The translations under genes and the position numbers were made by a program. A stretch of 39,556 bases of DNA from Monosiga brevicollis MX1 (lineage: Eukaryota). The DNA is taken from contig NW_001865092.1 in assembly GCF_000002865.3 (NCBI RefSeq), forward strand, positions 15,536 to 55,091, read 5' to 3'. Of this stretch, positions 24,690-34,648 are shown piece by piece (the first letter of the stretch is position 1; each line of letters opens with the position of its first letter). The notes beneath the pieces were generated by a model that saw only the letters and a program-made list of their open reading frames with translations, was not told where the DNA came from and ran no database searches.

Positions 24690-25607
24690 CTTTTGGACTC
24701 CTTGTTAGCAAAAATCGCTGCTCTTTGCATTGCCTGACTCAGTTGCCCTTGCGACCCCACGTTTGTCAATTGATTGAAGCGACATACTCAAAGAAGACAT
24801 TGGAAAAAAAAAAAAAAAAAAAAAACTTGATTGGACGGCTCAAGGCGCACATGTGCGCGCCACTTTATTTGATTTGTCGCCAGCAGGGCTGACTTCACTG
24901 GACTATCAAAGAGAAAGGGGGAGAAACGTGATATCAACCATTCAAGGATCACTGGGCCAGCCGCCAAAAAGACGGAAAGGCCGCAGAGCGTGTCCCCAGC
25001 CAGTGGCGCTGCTGTTTCCGGTTCGGGCCGACCAGCTTTGTACGCTCCGCTCGCGCAGCAACAGCTTGCCCGCCAGCGCCTTGCTTCAGTCTATTGCATG
25101 GCTCAGCTCAGACACGAACCCCGCGCAAACAGAGAGTTATAGTAGCATGACCCGAGTTTCGTAAAACACGGGCGCCCATCTTGATGCGCGGTGACCCTAT
25201 ATATTTGTAGCTCGGCAGTCTCGGACCTCTGCCAAGCATCGGGCAGAGACCAGCTGAGGACGCTGCGTTCATGTCTGGGCAGTGTCCCCCAACCAGGGAC
25301 CTGAGATCGTCTTTGGTAATGTTCAGCAGCTCTCGGTGCATGGAAACGCCATGCTGTGCTGGTTGGCAAACAAGTCCACGGCCGCTCTGGCCGCTTTGGC
25401 CGTTCTGGCCGCTCTGGCCGCTCTGGCCGCTCTGAGCCTTGGTAGATGCCGTCTCGGCCGGGAAGCAAGCGCAGTGTGCTGCCAGCACTCTTCCAAGCTC
25501 GTAAAGCAACGGCTGCTCGTTGATCTGCATGGTCACACAGCCCTCGGAAAACCTCGAGATGTCAGATGCTTCTTCTTTTTTTTTTCCCCTGTCGAGGCCA
25601 AGTGCGC

Positions 25608-26720
25608 CTATGTGGCGGGCTCGGGAAGTTGGGCCAGGCGAGCTTCATGTGCTGCAAACACAGGGACAACGGTAACCCCATGCCGGTGTTGCAGCGCCCT
25701 ATCAAGGGGTGTTTCACCGTTCTAAGATGAAGAGAAAAACGGCAGGACAGATGGCAGGGCAGCAAACAGAAAGCATTTGATGTTAACCGAGCAAAGAATA
25801 AAGAAGATGGATGCGCAGGGGAGGGCGGCCGAGCGGCGGTGACACAGAGCAAAACTCGGGTTGGAGCGGCCACTTTTCTGCTTTGTGTTTGCCAAAATGA
25901 CATCTCGACTCGGGGCGGGCTGGTGGTGAAAAGACTTGAAGCAGGGCGAAAAGGGCAAGGGGACTGACGTTATTCTGAGCTTGAGCGGCAGCGCCGTGCT
26001 GCAACAGTGTTTCTGCCACTTTTGCACAGCCCTTGGCACTGGCAATGTGCAACGGTGTATCGCCATTCTGTCGGTTTTTGTTTGCAACAATCAGAAACAT
26101 GACAGCATCATGAACAGCCATCTGAGCAGCCAAGCCCAAGACTCTCGAAAGAGATGACGAGGTGCATGGAAGAAGGTAGCCTAACATTGTTCTGAGCGTT
26201 CAAATCAGCGTTGTGCTTCAATAGAAGTTCCACCCGGCTGGCGCAACCCTTGATGCAGGCAATATGCAGTGGTGTCTGGCCGTCCTACAGATTGATTTCG
26301 CCCCCACCACCACCATTGTACACAAGTGACGCGCCATGACCGTGAGCTCCTTCAGCAGTTGAACAAGGGTGACGAGAGCCAAGAAAGCGCCATGAGCTTG
26401 TGCTGACCTTGTTCTTGACTCGAGCATCAACGCCGTGCCTCAGCAGAATCTTCATTGCCTTGTCATGGCCGAAACGGCAAGCACTGTGCAGTAAAGTATT
26501 GCCACCCTATACATTGAGTTGTGCGCCACATGTACATTGCCGTGTTCAGCTGTGCTGGCTGTCAAAAACTACAGCCAATTCAACATCCAAAAAAAAAGAA
26601 AAAAAGGGCCGGGAGGCTGACCTTGTTCTGGGTCTGGGCATCGGCCCCGTGCTTCAACAACATCTCCATCACCTCCAGATGGCCGTTCACGCAGGCCCAA
26701 TGCAGCGGTGTATACCCACC
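25608..26720 (-). CDS. Ankyrin gene 6 (4 one-repeat exons plus short C-cap; first exon unresolved)
   Basis: 99-bp phase-0 exons at 26622-26720, 26408-26506, 26186-26284 and 25969-26067. The terminal exon 25608-25721 (NGETPLDRA...[18 protein letters not shown]) is homologous to the gene 3 C-cap. Its introns are unrelated to each other. Confidence 0.85.
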
Positions 26721-26928
26721 CTACAAAATGATTCCCCGCCCCATCACCGCCACCACACACACACATACAGACGCACACACCGCCGCAGCAAGTCCCGTCC
26801 ATTGTGAAGGTTCTTTTCTCGTCGATGAGCAGATCTCATGAGGGCCAGCCTCGGCTTCCTACCTCTCTAAATAACGCAAAGATCAAGTTCAAGTCACCCC
26901 TCCAAACCCAAGAAAACTTAACCGAGTC

Positions 26929-27016
26929 AAGAGATGAAGGAGCGTAAAGGAGCGTAAAGAGATGAAGGAGCGTAAAGAGATGAAGGAGATGAAGCGTAAA
27001 GAGATGAAGGAGCGTG
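26929..27016 (+). repeat. Short tandem repeat AAGAGATGAAGGAGCGTA
   Basis: About 5 imperfect 18-bp units between divergently oriented ankyrin genes. Confidence 0.8.
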
Positions 27017-27262
27017 AAATAAAAAGAGGAGGCCAACAGCACCATGTATTCCCATCTGGTCACCCACGATAGTACTAGCATGGCCCAACATGGCTTAACT
27101 GCGGCGATCGGACGAGAGCCGGTGTATTCCATGTGGTATGACCGTTGGCGAAAGTGGATATCTTAAAATTGTATATGAAGCCACTTCTTTGTGCCTTTTC
27201 GCACGTCGCACCTTGAATTGTGTGAGTCGGGGATTGTCAGATATTTTAGGGCGTGGGGAGAG

Positions 27263-28465
27263 ATGGCGGTGGCGGAGCGAGTTTATGCGCTGTGTCGGGC
27301 TGGTGGGGCGGAGGCGGATGTCTTGGGAGCGTTGGGGGAGTTGGGGGATGATGTTGAGGCCCTGCGTGCGGTGGCTGAGTGGCACGATGGTCGGATGGTA
27401 CGTGGGGCGCTGTTGTGGGGGGGGGCGGGGGCTCAGACCTTGAGCTTCAGAGGCCATCACTTTACTGAACTTGAGGGCTGCGTGGGTGGGTCGCACAGAC
27501 GGTCGGAGGGGGCGTCACGACGCTGCACTATGCTTGTTATCATGGAATGACCAGTGTAGTACGGCTGTTTGTCGGGGTGGCCGGAGCCAACCCAAACTGC
27601 CAGACCGAGGTAAGATGCAGGCGTGGCAGCTCGCTCCCAGCATTCCACTGCGGGTGATGTATCAAGAGGGCTGCTGGTGGCACGTTGTGACCAGTAGATT
27701 GGACGCACGCCTCTCCATGTGGCCTGCAGCCGCGGTTGGACCGACATTATCCAAGCCCTGGTTGTGGCCGGTGCCGACGCCAACCTGGTCGATGTGGTAA
27801 TGTCGCGCACCAAGGATTCTTGCGTGACGTGTGGGTAGTGGTGACCACCAGAACCAACCTCACTGCCCTTTTCTCTGCCTCTCTCTCTCTTTTTTTTTTC
27901 TTTTTTTCTGCGTTGGCATTTTGTTTCGGTTCTCCGTGATGATTCAGAGTGATGATACACCGTTGGCTGCGCTGCTGCACGCCACTCGCCTTCAGCGTGG
28001 TGATCTGCAGACCCAGGTGGGGCTGCGGTGTCTCGACTGCGAGACGAGACGTGTTTCGATCTGGCCACGACTCGCGCCGCGCCGACACACGTTCATGCTC
28101 ATGTGTGCTCCAATGGCGGGAATCAAAGGCGCTGGCACAACCAGCACTTGAAGTCATCATGGCCTTGCACCGGCCATCTGGCGCGGCTCCCCCGCCCCAT
28201 GCGTATGGTAAGCAAACGCGAGATGTTATAATCGCAGCCAGATATGCAAACCCTGTCCATGAGCTCATCTGAATCGTCTGAATACGTGTGTCAAACGTGC
28301 GCGCTGGTAGTGGACGCGCTCGCCCGGTCTGCACGCCGTGGACTTTTGCGCCGGCGCCTTTCGGTGGCTTTGATGGTGGCATGGCTTGATGACTCGAGGA
28401 GCTTGGATCCGGATGTGTTCATGGAGCTGCTGAAACGCGACGACGTCCTTCTGAATCTTGTTTGA
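27263..28465 (+). CDS. Divergent ankyrin gene 7 (3' end uncertain)
   Basis: Phase-0 exons 27263-27397, 27499-27609 (TTLHYACYHG..GANPNCQ), 27698-27796 (GRTPLHVACSRG..GADANL) and 27948-28016 (DDTPL). Exons beyond 28016 could not be resolved. Confidence 0.7.
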
Positions 28466-29058
28466 TGACGAGCCCCGAGCGTGCGATGATGGCAAAAACG
28501 CCCCACAGATCGATGGCGGCATAGAGAGGATCGTTCCCGAATTGGTGTTGCACAAAGCCTGCCTGCTCCTAAAATTTCTGTGAGCTAGACAACCTCGATT
28601 GTTTTAGTTCTGAAATGTAGGCGTCTCACCAGAAGAGGCCTCGGATCTGACCACAGTGTTCAGGATTAATAAATGAATTGAAGCGAAAGGATTAACTCGT
28701 TCTATTTTCAAGCCGGCACAGAAATGGCACGTGTCATGGACGGCCTCGATGGGACCAATCCAGCTCAAAGCGACGCCACGAGACAGCACTATCAAGGAGA
28801 AGAGCTGGCCCGCATTACCGATGAACTCAACGGACTCAAAGCGTGAGCAATGAACAAGGACATCAGGAAGAATTGACAGGCGAAGAAACGATACTCATGG
28901 AGGCTGGTGGGCCAGGTGTGCGCGTACTATTGCACAATATGAACTACAGGCATTGTTGAAAAATCGAAAGGCACTCAAGAACCCCAGCGCGTCTTGTCAA
29001 ACACACAAGAGGCACGGGGAGGTCCGTGCGTGGATCAAGAAGGCCCTGAATTATTTTG

Positions 29059-29499
29059 TCAAGCGGCGTCGCAGGCATTGTGGTCAAGACGGCGGTGGTT
29101 CCGTGGGTGCCGCAGATGCGCGGCGCCTGGTGCAGGCGCTGGATGCGTGAAGCGCAGGAGCAGAGAGATGGAGAGCATGGGCATGAGCATGGCCACGCTG
29201 GGCGCAATGATGGTATGGTAGAGGCGCTCGCTGGCTGGAGGTCGACCGGAGCAGGGTACGCGCCAGGCGGGTTGTTGGTGCTGTGCCATCATGGCGTCGA
29301 AGCACTGGTAATGACCACCGATATTGCCTTGGAGTCGGAAAAGCAGTTGTGTTGAGAGACAGGTGGCGTTGGGCATGTCCATGTGTCCTGGTACAGCGGG
29401 GCTGAAATGTCCATCCGCACGCACCACCAGCCCGAGCAGCAGCCCGAGCAGCAGCCCGAGGCGTGCACAACTTGCCAGCCGGCCCAGGGACTGTGCCAT
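29059..29499 (-). CDS. Possible small secreted or membrane protein (or an exon of one)
   Basis: The ORF has a signal-peptide-like start (MAQSLGRLASCARLGLLLGLLLGLVVRA) and a second hydrophobic stretch. No domain recognised. Confidence 0.25.
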   Translation of the reverse strand: MAQSLGRLASCARLGLLLGLLLGLVVRADGHFSPAVPGHMDMPNATCLSTQLLFRLQGNIGGHYQCFDAMMAQHQQPAWRVPCSGRPPASERLYHTIIAPSVAMLMPMLSISLLLRFTHPAPAPGAAHLRHPRNHRRLDHNACDAA

Positions 29500-29847
29500 G
29501 TCGGTCGAGCCACCGCCCCAACGCCTCACTCGCCGCGCCAATGTCACCACCTGGATCGGTTGGACGAGCCCGGGCGCTGTGAACAGTTGCAATCAGTCAA
29601 TCATCCGACCGAGGCGATGCTGCCGTGGGCTGCCAATCGCCCTGCTGCACGTTGGATCTCGCGCCCACTGACCGACCAAACGCCCCCTCTTCACCCAAGA
29701 TCACCCTCCCAGAAATGTCATCGACCCTGGACAATGCCCCACCCCACCAGCCAGACTACATACGGTCGCCAGTCGCAGCGCAGCCGCGCTCGTCGGGGCC
29801 AGTCCCTGGAGCCCTTCCCTGCTCGCTCTGTCGTTAAGTCATGCCTG

Positions 29848-29854
<7 letters not shown>

Positions 29855-29881
<27 letters not shown>

Positions 29882-29967
29882 GTTTTTTCTGCCTTTAGGG
29901 CCCAAGGTTACATGTGTAACCACAAAGTGATGATCACACACACACACTCTCTCTCTCTCTCCTCTCT

Positions 29968-30031
<64 letters not shown>

Positions 30032-30116
30032 CTGTCTCTCTCTCTCTCTCTCTGCCCTGTCTCTCTCTCTCTCTCTGCCCTGTCTCTCTCTCTGTCTCTC
30101 TCCATGCCTCTCTCTC
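29855..30116 (+). repeat. (CT)n/(CA)n compound microsatellite
   Basis: Long interrupted CT tracts. Confidence 0.95.
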
Positions 30117-30267
30117 ACCGTCTTTGGCTCTGTCGCCACTCCGATGCCAACCACTGGCGTGCCCATCATCGAAGACCTCAAAGCTAGCTCAAAGCAAAAC
30201 AAGAGCCAACAGCATAGAGCCAGCAGGCGCAAAGACGACGGACAAATAAGACAGTTAAGAGGCTCGA

Positions 30268-30512
30268 TGAGCCAGCCAGCCAATAGAGCCACGTGAGCCA
30301 TAAGTCCAGTCCGAAAGAGCCAATAAAGCTAATAGAGCCAGCCAATAGAGTGATAGACCCTAACAGATAGAGCCGATAGAGCCAATAGAGCCGATAAGCC
30401 AGCCAGCCAGCCAATAGAGCCAATTGGATGGAGCCAATAGAGTTCAACAGAGAGCGATTGAGATGATAAGATAGACAGAACCAGCAGAGCCAGCAGAGCC
30501 AGCAGAGCCAAA
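30268..30512 (+). repeat. Low-complexity AGAGCCAAT/AGCCAGC repeats
   Basis: Many imperfect ~9-bp units just downstream of tRNA-Pro. Confidence 0.8.
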
Positions 30513-30527
30513 GCAAAAAGATTTTCA

Positions 30528-30646
30528 GGGGTGATCCGGGAATCGAACCCGGGACCTCTCGCAAATTCGCGCAGTACAGTACAAAGGTGTAACATGCGGA
30601 GAAGTGGAGTCCCGAAGCGAGAATCATACCACTAGACCAATCACCC
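30528..30646 (-). tRNA. trnP-CGG: tRNA-Pro(CGG) with a 47-nt canonical intron
   Basis: GGGTGATTGGTCTAGTGGTATGATTCTCGCTTCGGG[intron 30564-30610]TGCGAGAGGTCCCGGGTTCGATTCCCGGATCACCCC. The intron follows position 37, and a T5 Pol III terminator lies downstream. Confidence 0.93.
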
Positions 30647-31127
30647 AGAAGTTGGAGACGTAAGTCGAAAATATAATATATAAACGAGAATGCAATATTA
30701 GGCGCAAATGTCATCATTTTGTGTATTATATGCAACTTTTGATACACTTTCACTAACGCTCCATCGGCCAAGAGAACCGGCCAGGCACGTATCTCGACAT
30801 GGGGACAAAGTGGAATGAGAATGATTCTTATGATGATGAGAGCTATTCGTATGCACAGGCTCAAGTTTTGTAAATCAATTTTCGGGCTTTCATTGCCCAA
30901 GCAAATTGCAGGAATACTCGGCCGCAACACTCGCGAAAAAAAAAAACGGCACCTCAAACAACATACAACACGCGCTGCAGTGGAACAAGGCCCACCGGCA
31001 CCACCACCACCACGACCAAGATGCAACCGAAAATGGTCGAGATCCAGTTGCATCCCTGAACTGCGCACACACCCACGTGACTCACGTGCACATGCTCTGG
31101 AGAGTCCCGATCTGGCAATGGTCAGCC

Positions 31128-32939
31128 TCATTGATAGACGTGGGTGATGGTCGAAGCAATCGAGTAGCGATGGGAGCCGACCAAGAGGGCTGATGGTGCA
31201 AAGGTGAGGGAAAAGCCAAAGTTGAGTTCCTCGTTGTCAGCTCGAGCTGAGAGGGAACGCACAAACACAAACCGGGTCGAGGTGACCCTGAGGAAAAGGA
31301 GAACGGCGCGCTCAAACTTGGTGGCATTTGTGTCGGTGGCCACCTGAGAGCTAATCGCGAGCACGCCGTCCTGGTAGGCAAGAGCCACACCAAAATCCAG
31401 CTGACTGGGGTTCGACAGGATTCGGCCCACTAGGACGGCCGTGTCATTTGCGCTGTCCAAGGCATAGATGAAAATGGCACCACGACTGTCGGCGGTACCT
31501 ACCCAGCCGGGGGCGCTCACCAGCAGGAGATTGTCGTCCTCCACAAAGGTCAGAGCACTCCCGAAGCGAGTGCCATCGCCACAATCAGCTGGGGGTGTAA
31601 TACGAACGTATTTAGGCTGCCCTTGGGCATCCAGGGCCATACCCGAGGTGTAGAGGTAGACTGCGCCTGGGCGCGGCTCCTGGGTGGCCGGCTCGGACGG
31701 GTCGCTGAGAGCAAGCGCCTTGGCCAAGGGTGCACCAATGGCCACAAACCCAGGACTGACGGCAATGGCCATGCCATAGGCTGCATAGGGATCTGCTCCG
31801 GGCGAGGTCAAAACCTGCGAATGGCGAAAGCGCGGCAATTCCGCACTCGAGACGGGCATGGAAGAGGCCTGATACACGTGTACCGTGTCGACTTTGGCCG
31901 TGTTGAAACGAGGGCTCGCGGGTACCGCCATCAGCAGCGTGGATCCGGACAGCGCAAGACGACGCTCAGTGACCGCCACGTGATCCAGATGTTCGACGGT
32001 AATTTGTTGCAGCAGACTGGCTTGCAGAAGCTTGGGTTGGGACAGGACGGTGGGCAGCACCGACGCTGGCGTCAAAGAAGTCGTTACATCCATTGCCGCG
32101 CCGTCGGATGCCTCCGTAAGTGTGGCAAGTGCGGCCAGAGCTTGGCTCATATCGAGCAATAGAATATCCGTCTGGTCTTCCTTGTGGAGACCCACGGCAA
32201 ACGTGGTTGCATCGGTGGCCAGGGACATGCTGCTCGCGCCCGTGTCTGGCTCTCGATTATCCGTGTCGCGCGCAATGTCGTCGTCGTCAACCTCGTCGAC
32301 ATCCCCATAGACGCCAGGACGTGCCTTGCCTCCCGCAGTAAATTCGGCCAGCTGATTGGGCTCACTGAGCCAAGAGGACTCCATACCCGAGCCTAGCGAC
32401 CAGTTGCCTGTCTCGCGAAGCAGGTCGATGCGCTGCTTGGCTGACAGCCGCGTTTGTTGCAAACGAACCTGTGGGTGGAAGGCGAGGGACGCACGGCAGA
32501 GCAAACGAGCACAAGGTAAGCAAGGGAGCGTCCGGTGAGAGAAAGACAGCTGGGCGACACAAACACTCGGCATTGTTGCTTAGCCCCGGTTCCCTTGCCG
32601 GTCACCGGCGCGTCGAGGCTGACCAACCTGCTGAAGCTGCTGCTGTATGCGTGCGTTTTCCTGCTGAAGCTTGGCAAGCTGAGCAGTGAGATACTGAGCA
32701 GCGGCCGGTTTGACCTCTCGCGGCATCGCGACGATGGCGCCACGTCGTGTTTCATGACTCATGACCAAGGGACGCCACGCCGTGGCAAGGGTTATACCCG
32801 CGACACCAAGCAGGGCCACTCCAGCCACCAAACGCATGATCCAACGTTGTCGATGGCTTGTTCGCCGAGACGATGGGTGGAACACGGGTTCGACGCCCGC
32901 CTCCTCCTGCCCGAGTTCATTCTTGAAGGGCGTCGCCAT
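31128..32939 (-). CDS. Predicted type II membrane protein with a short coiled coil and FG-GAP/integrin-alpha-like repeats (~550 aa)
   Basis: Exons 32628-32939 and 31128-32468 (phase 0). TM segment WIMRLVAGVALLGVAGITLATAW. Repeats YGMAIAV..VAIGAP, FGSALTF..LLVSAP, FGVALAY..LAISS and FGFSLTF..LLVGSH. Confidence 0.72.
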
Positions 32940-33696
32940 GCTCAAAAGGTTTGTGTTGCAAACCCCTGATCACCTCAAGCTCGATGTCCTCGCCCCTGTC
33001 TGTGACGATTCTCAACCAAAGTGATGGGATGAGCGCAACTGGTCTGAGAAAAAACTGGAGCTGGCTGCTGGGCGGTGGAGACGGCGGGCGGATCACACTA
33101 GACACACACATAGGCGAGCACGCCAAAACAATGATACACACAGATACGCCGATTGCAGCAGCGCAGCGGTGCAGCGATTTCTGTCACATCAAGCCCAAAA
33201 TGCATACAAAGGCACCCACAAATTGTCCACAAATCGTCCTTTGTACGACAGAATGTAGAAAAACGTATCGACAATACGTGCTGTTAAATATGCATCAACT
33301 TACTCTACTTCAGCCATTAAAACAACAATAAGGTATGTATCATCTTCATGATCTCATCGTTTGCAAGCTCATGAATGTTGGGGCACCGCATCACGCCAAG
33401 GAGGGACATTGAGGGATGATGATGCGTGATATGGACGGCGGATTGGGGCACGCCGCCAAAGTCACCACCTTCCCCACCCCTCCCGGCTCCCTTCCATTGT
33501 TTCGCCCCTCTTCACTGTCGACCCGTTTGGTAATCGGAGACTGGCCAGATCAGTAAGCGTACCATCGTGTGGGGTCGAAGAACGCGACAATGTCCTCGAT
33601 GGAAAAGCTCACAGAATTGCAGCAATTTTTTACCTTAAAGTTTTGGTTGATATGTCAAAATATGTTTACTTACCATCGGCGATATTTGACCCAGTT

Positions 33697-33769
33697 GGCG
33701 GATTGGCGCAATTGGTAGCGCAGTGGATTCCAGTTCCAAAGGCTGTAGGTTCGAGTCCTGCATCTGTCA
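33697..33769 (+). tRNA. trnW-CCA: tRNA-Trp(CCA), copy 1
   Basis: 73-nt cloverleaf: acceptor stem GGCGGAT/ATCTGTC, D stem GCGC/GCGC, anticodon CCA at 33730-33732, GGTTCGAGTCC T arm, discriminator A and a downstream T run. Confidence 0.93.
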
Positions 33770-33948
33770 AATATCTCTTTTTTTTGCCGTTCTAAGGAAC
33801 AACATGTGTTTTTGACAGGTGTTTACATCTCAATGTCACGTCGTGAATAATGTTATCTGTTTTCTGTTGTTTGCAATTCTACTTCCTTTTAATGTTATTT
33901 ATATACTATATATTTCGCCATTGGCTCTCGGCGATATTTGACCCAGTT

Positions 33949-34021
33949 GGCGGATTGGCGCAATTGGTAGCGCAGTGGATTCCAGTTCCAAAGGCTGTAG
34001 GTTCGAGTCCTGCATCTGTCA
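33949..34021 (+). tRNA. trnW-CCA: tRNA-Trp(CCA), copy 2 (identical, 252 bp downstream)
   Basis: Identical to copy 1, including ~20 bp of 5' flank. Confidence 0.93.
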
Positions 34022-34648
34022 AATATCTTCTTTTTGCTCTTTTTTCTCTTTTGCTGTTCCGCTGATTTTTCTGGTCTTACACGGCAGCGGCCGTTCGGGG
34101 CTCGCCGTTTGGGTACTTTGCAGGGTGACGCTTCAGCGGCGAGGTACGGTTAGCTAGGTCCAGTGGCACTGCCGTCCAGTCTGTCATCAGCTCGATCCAC
34201 TTCTCCCAAACCAAACTAAACCAGCTCCCCTCGCAAACAACCATGGACACGCCTTTCATTTTGGGGTCGACGGGCATGCCTCATGTTTTGACGAGCTCTG
34301 AGATGCCACGACGGCATCATGCCACCCCCGTCCTTGGCCAAGAGCCCAATGATCGTGGTGCTGCGATGGAGTTAACATGATAAAATAAAACTCGTCCAAA
34401 AATATTGACAGCAGAAAAACTACAAAAAAATTACTACAAAATTCACGTTTATTCCGCCCAGTGAAGAGAACCGCCACCCCAGCGGTATTCTGGGGTATTC
34501 AACGTGCATCAGTATCAATTGTTGGTACTGCAAACATTGCAGGCACACGGGCTCACATTCACGCAATACACACATTCACGGGTCGAAAAGCAACTTCATT
34601 CGGCACAAAGCCCCTGGTATGGGCCAAGGCGTCTCCATTCATACCCGG

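Noticed and set aside
23361..24708. Overlapping antisense and alternate-frame ORFs over the FG-GAP gene
   Set aside because: They are shadow ORFs of a GC-rich repetitive coding sequence.
25108..25536. 142-aa ORF with SGQ repeats
   Set aside because: The repeat is a 9-bp tandem array, with no domain or clear gene structure in support.
29834..31131. ORFs of 155 and 315 aa on the minus strand
   Set aside because: They run through (CT)n and other low-complexity repeats and across the tRNA-Pro gene.
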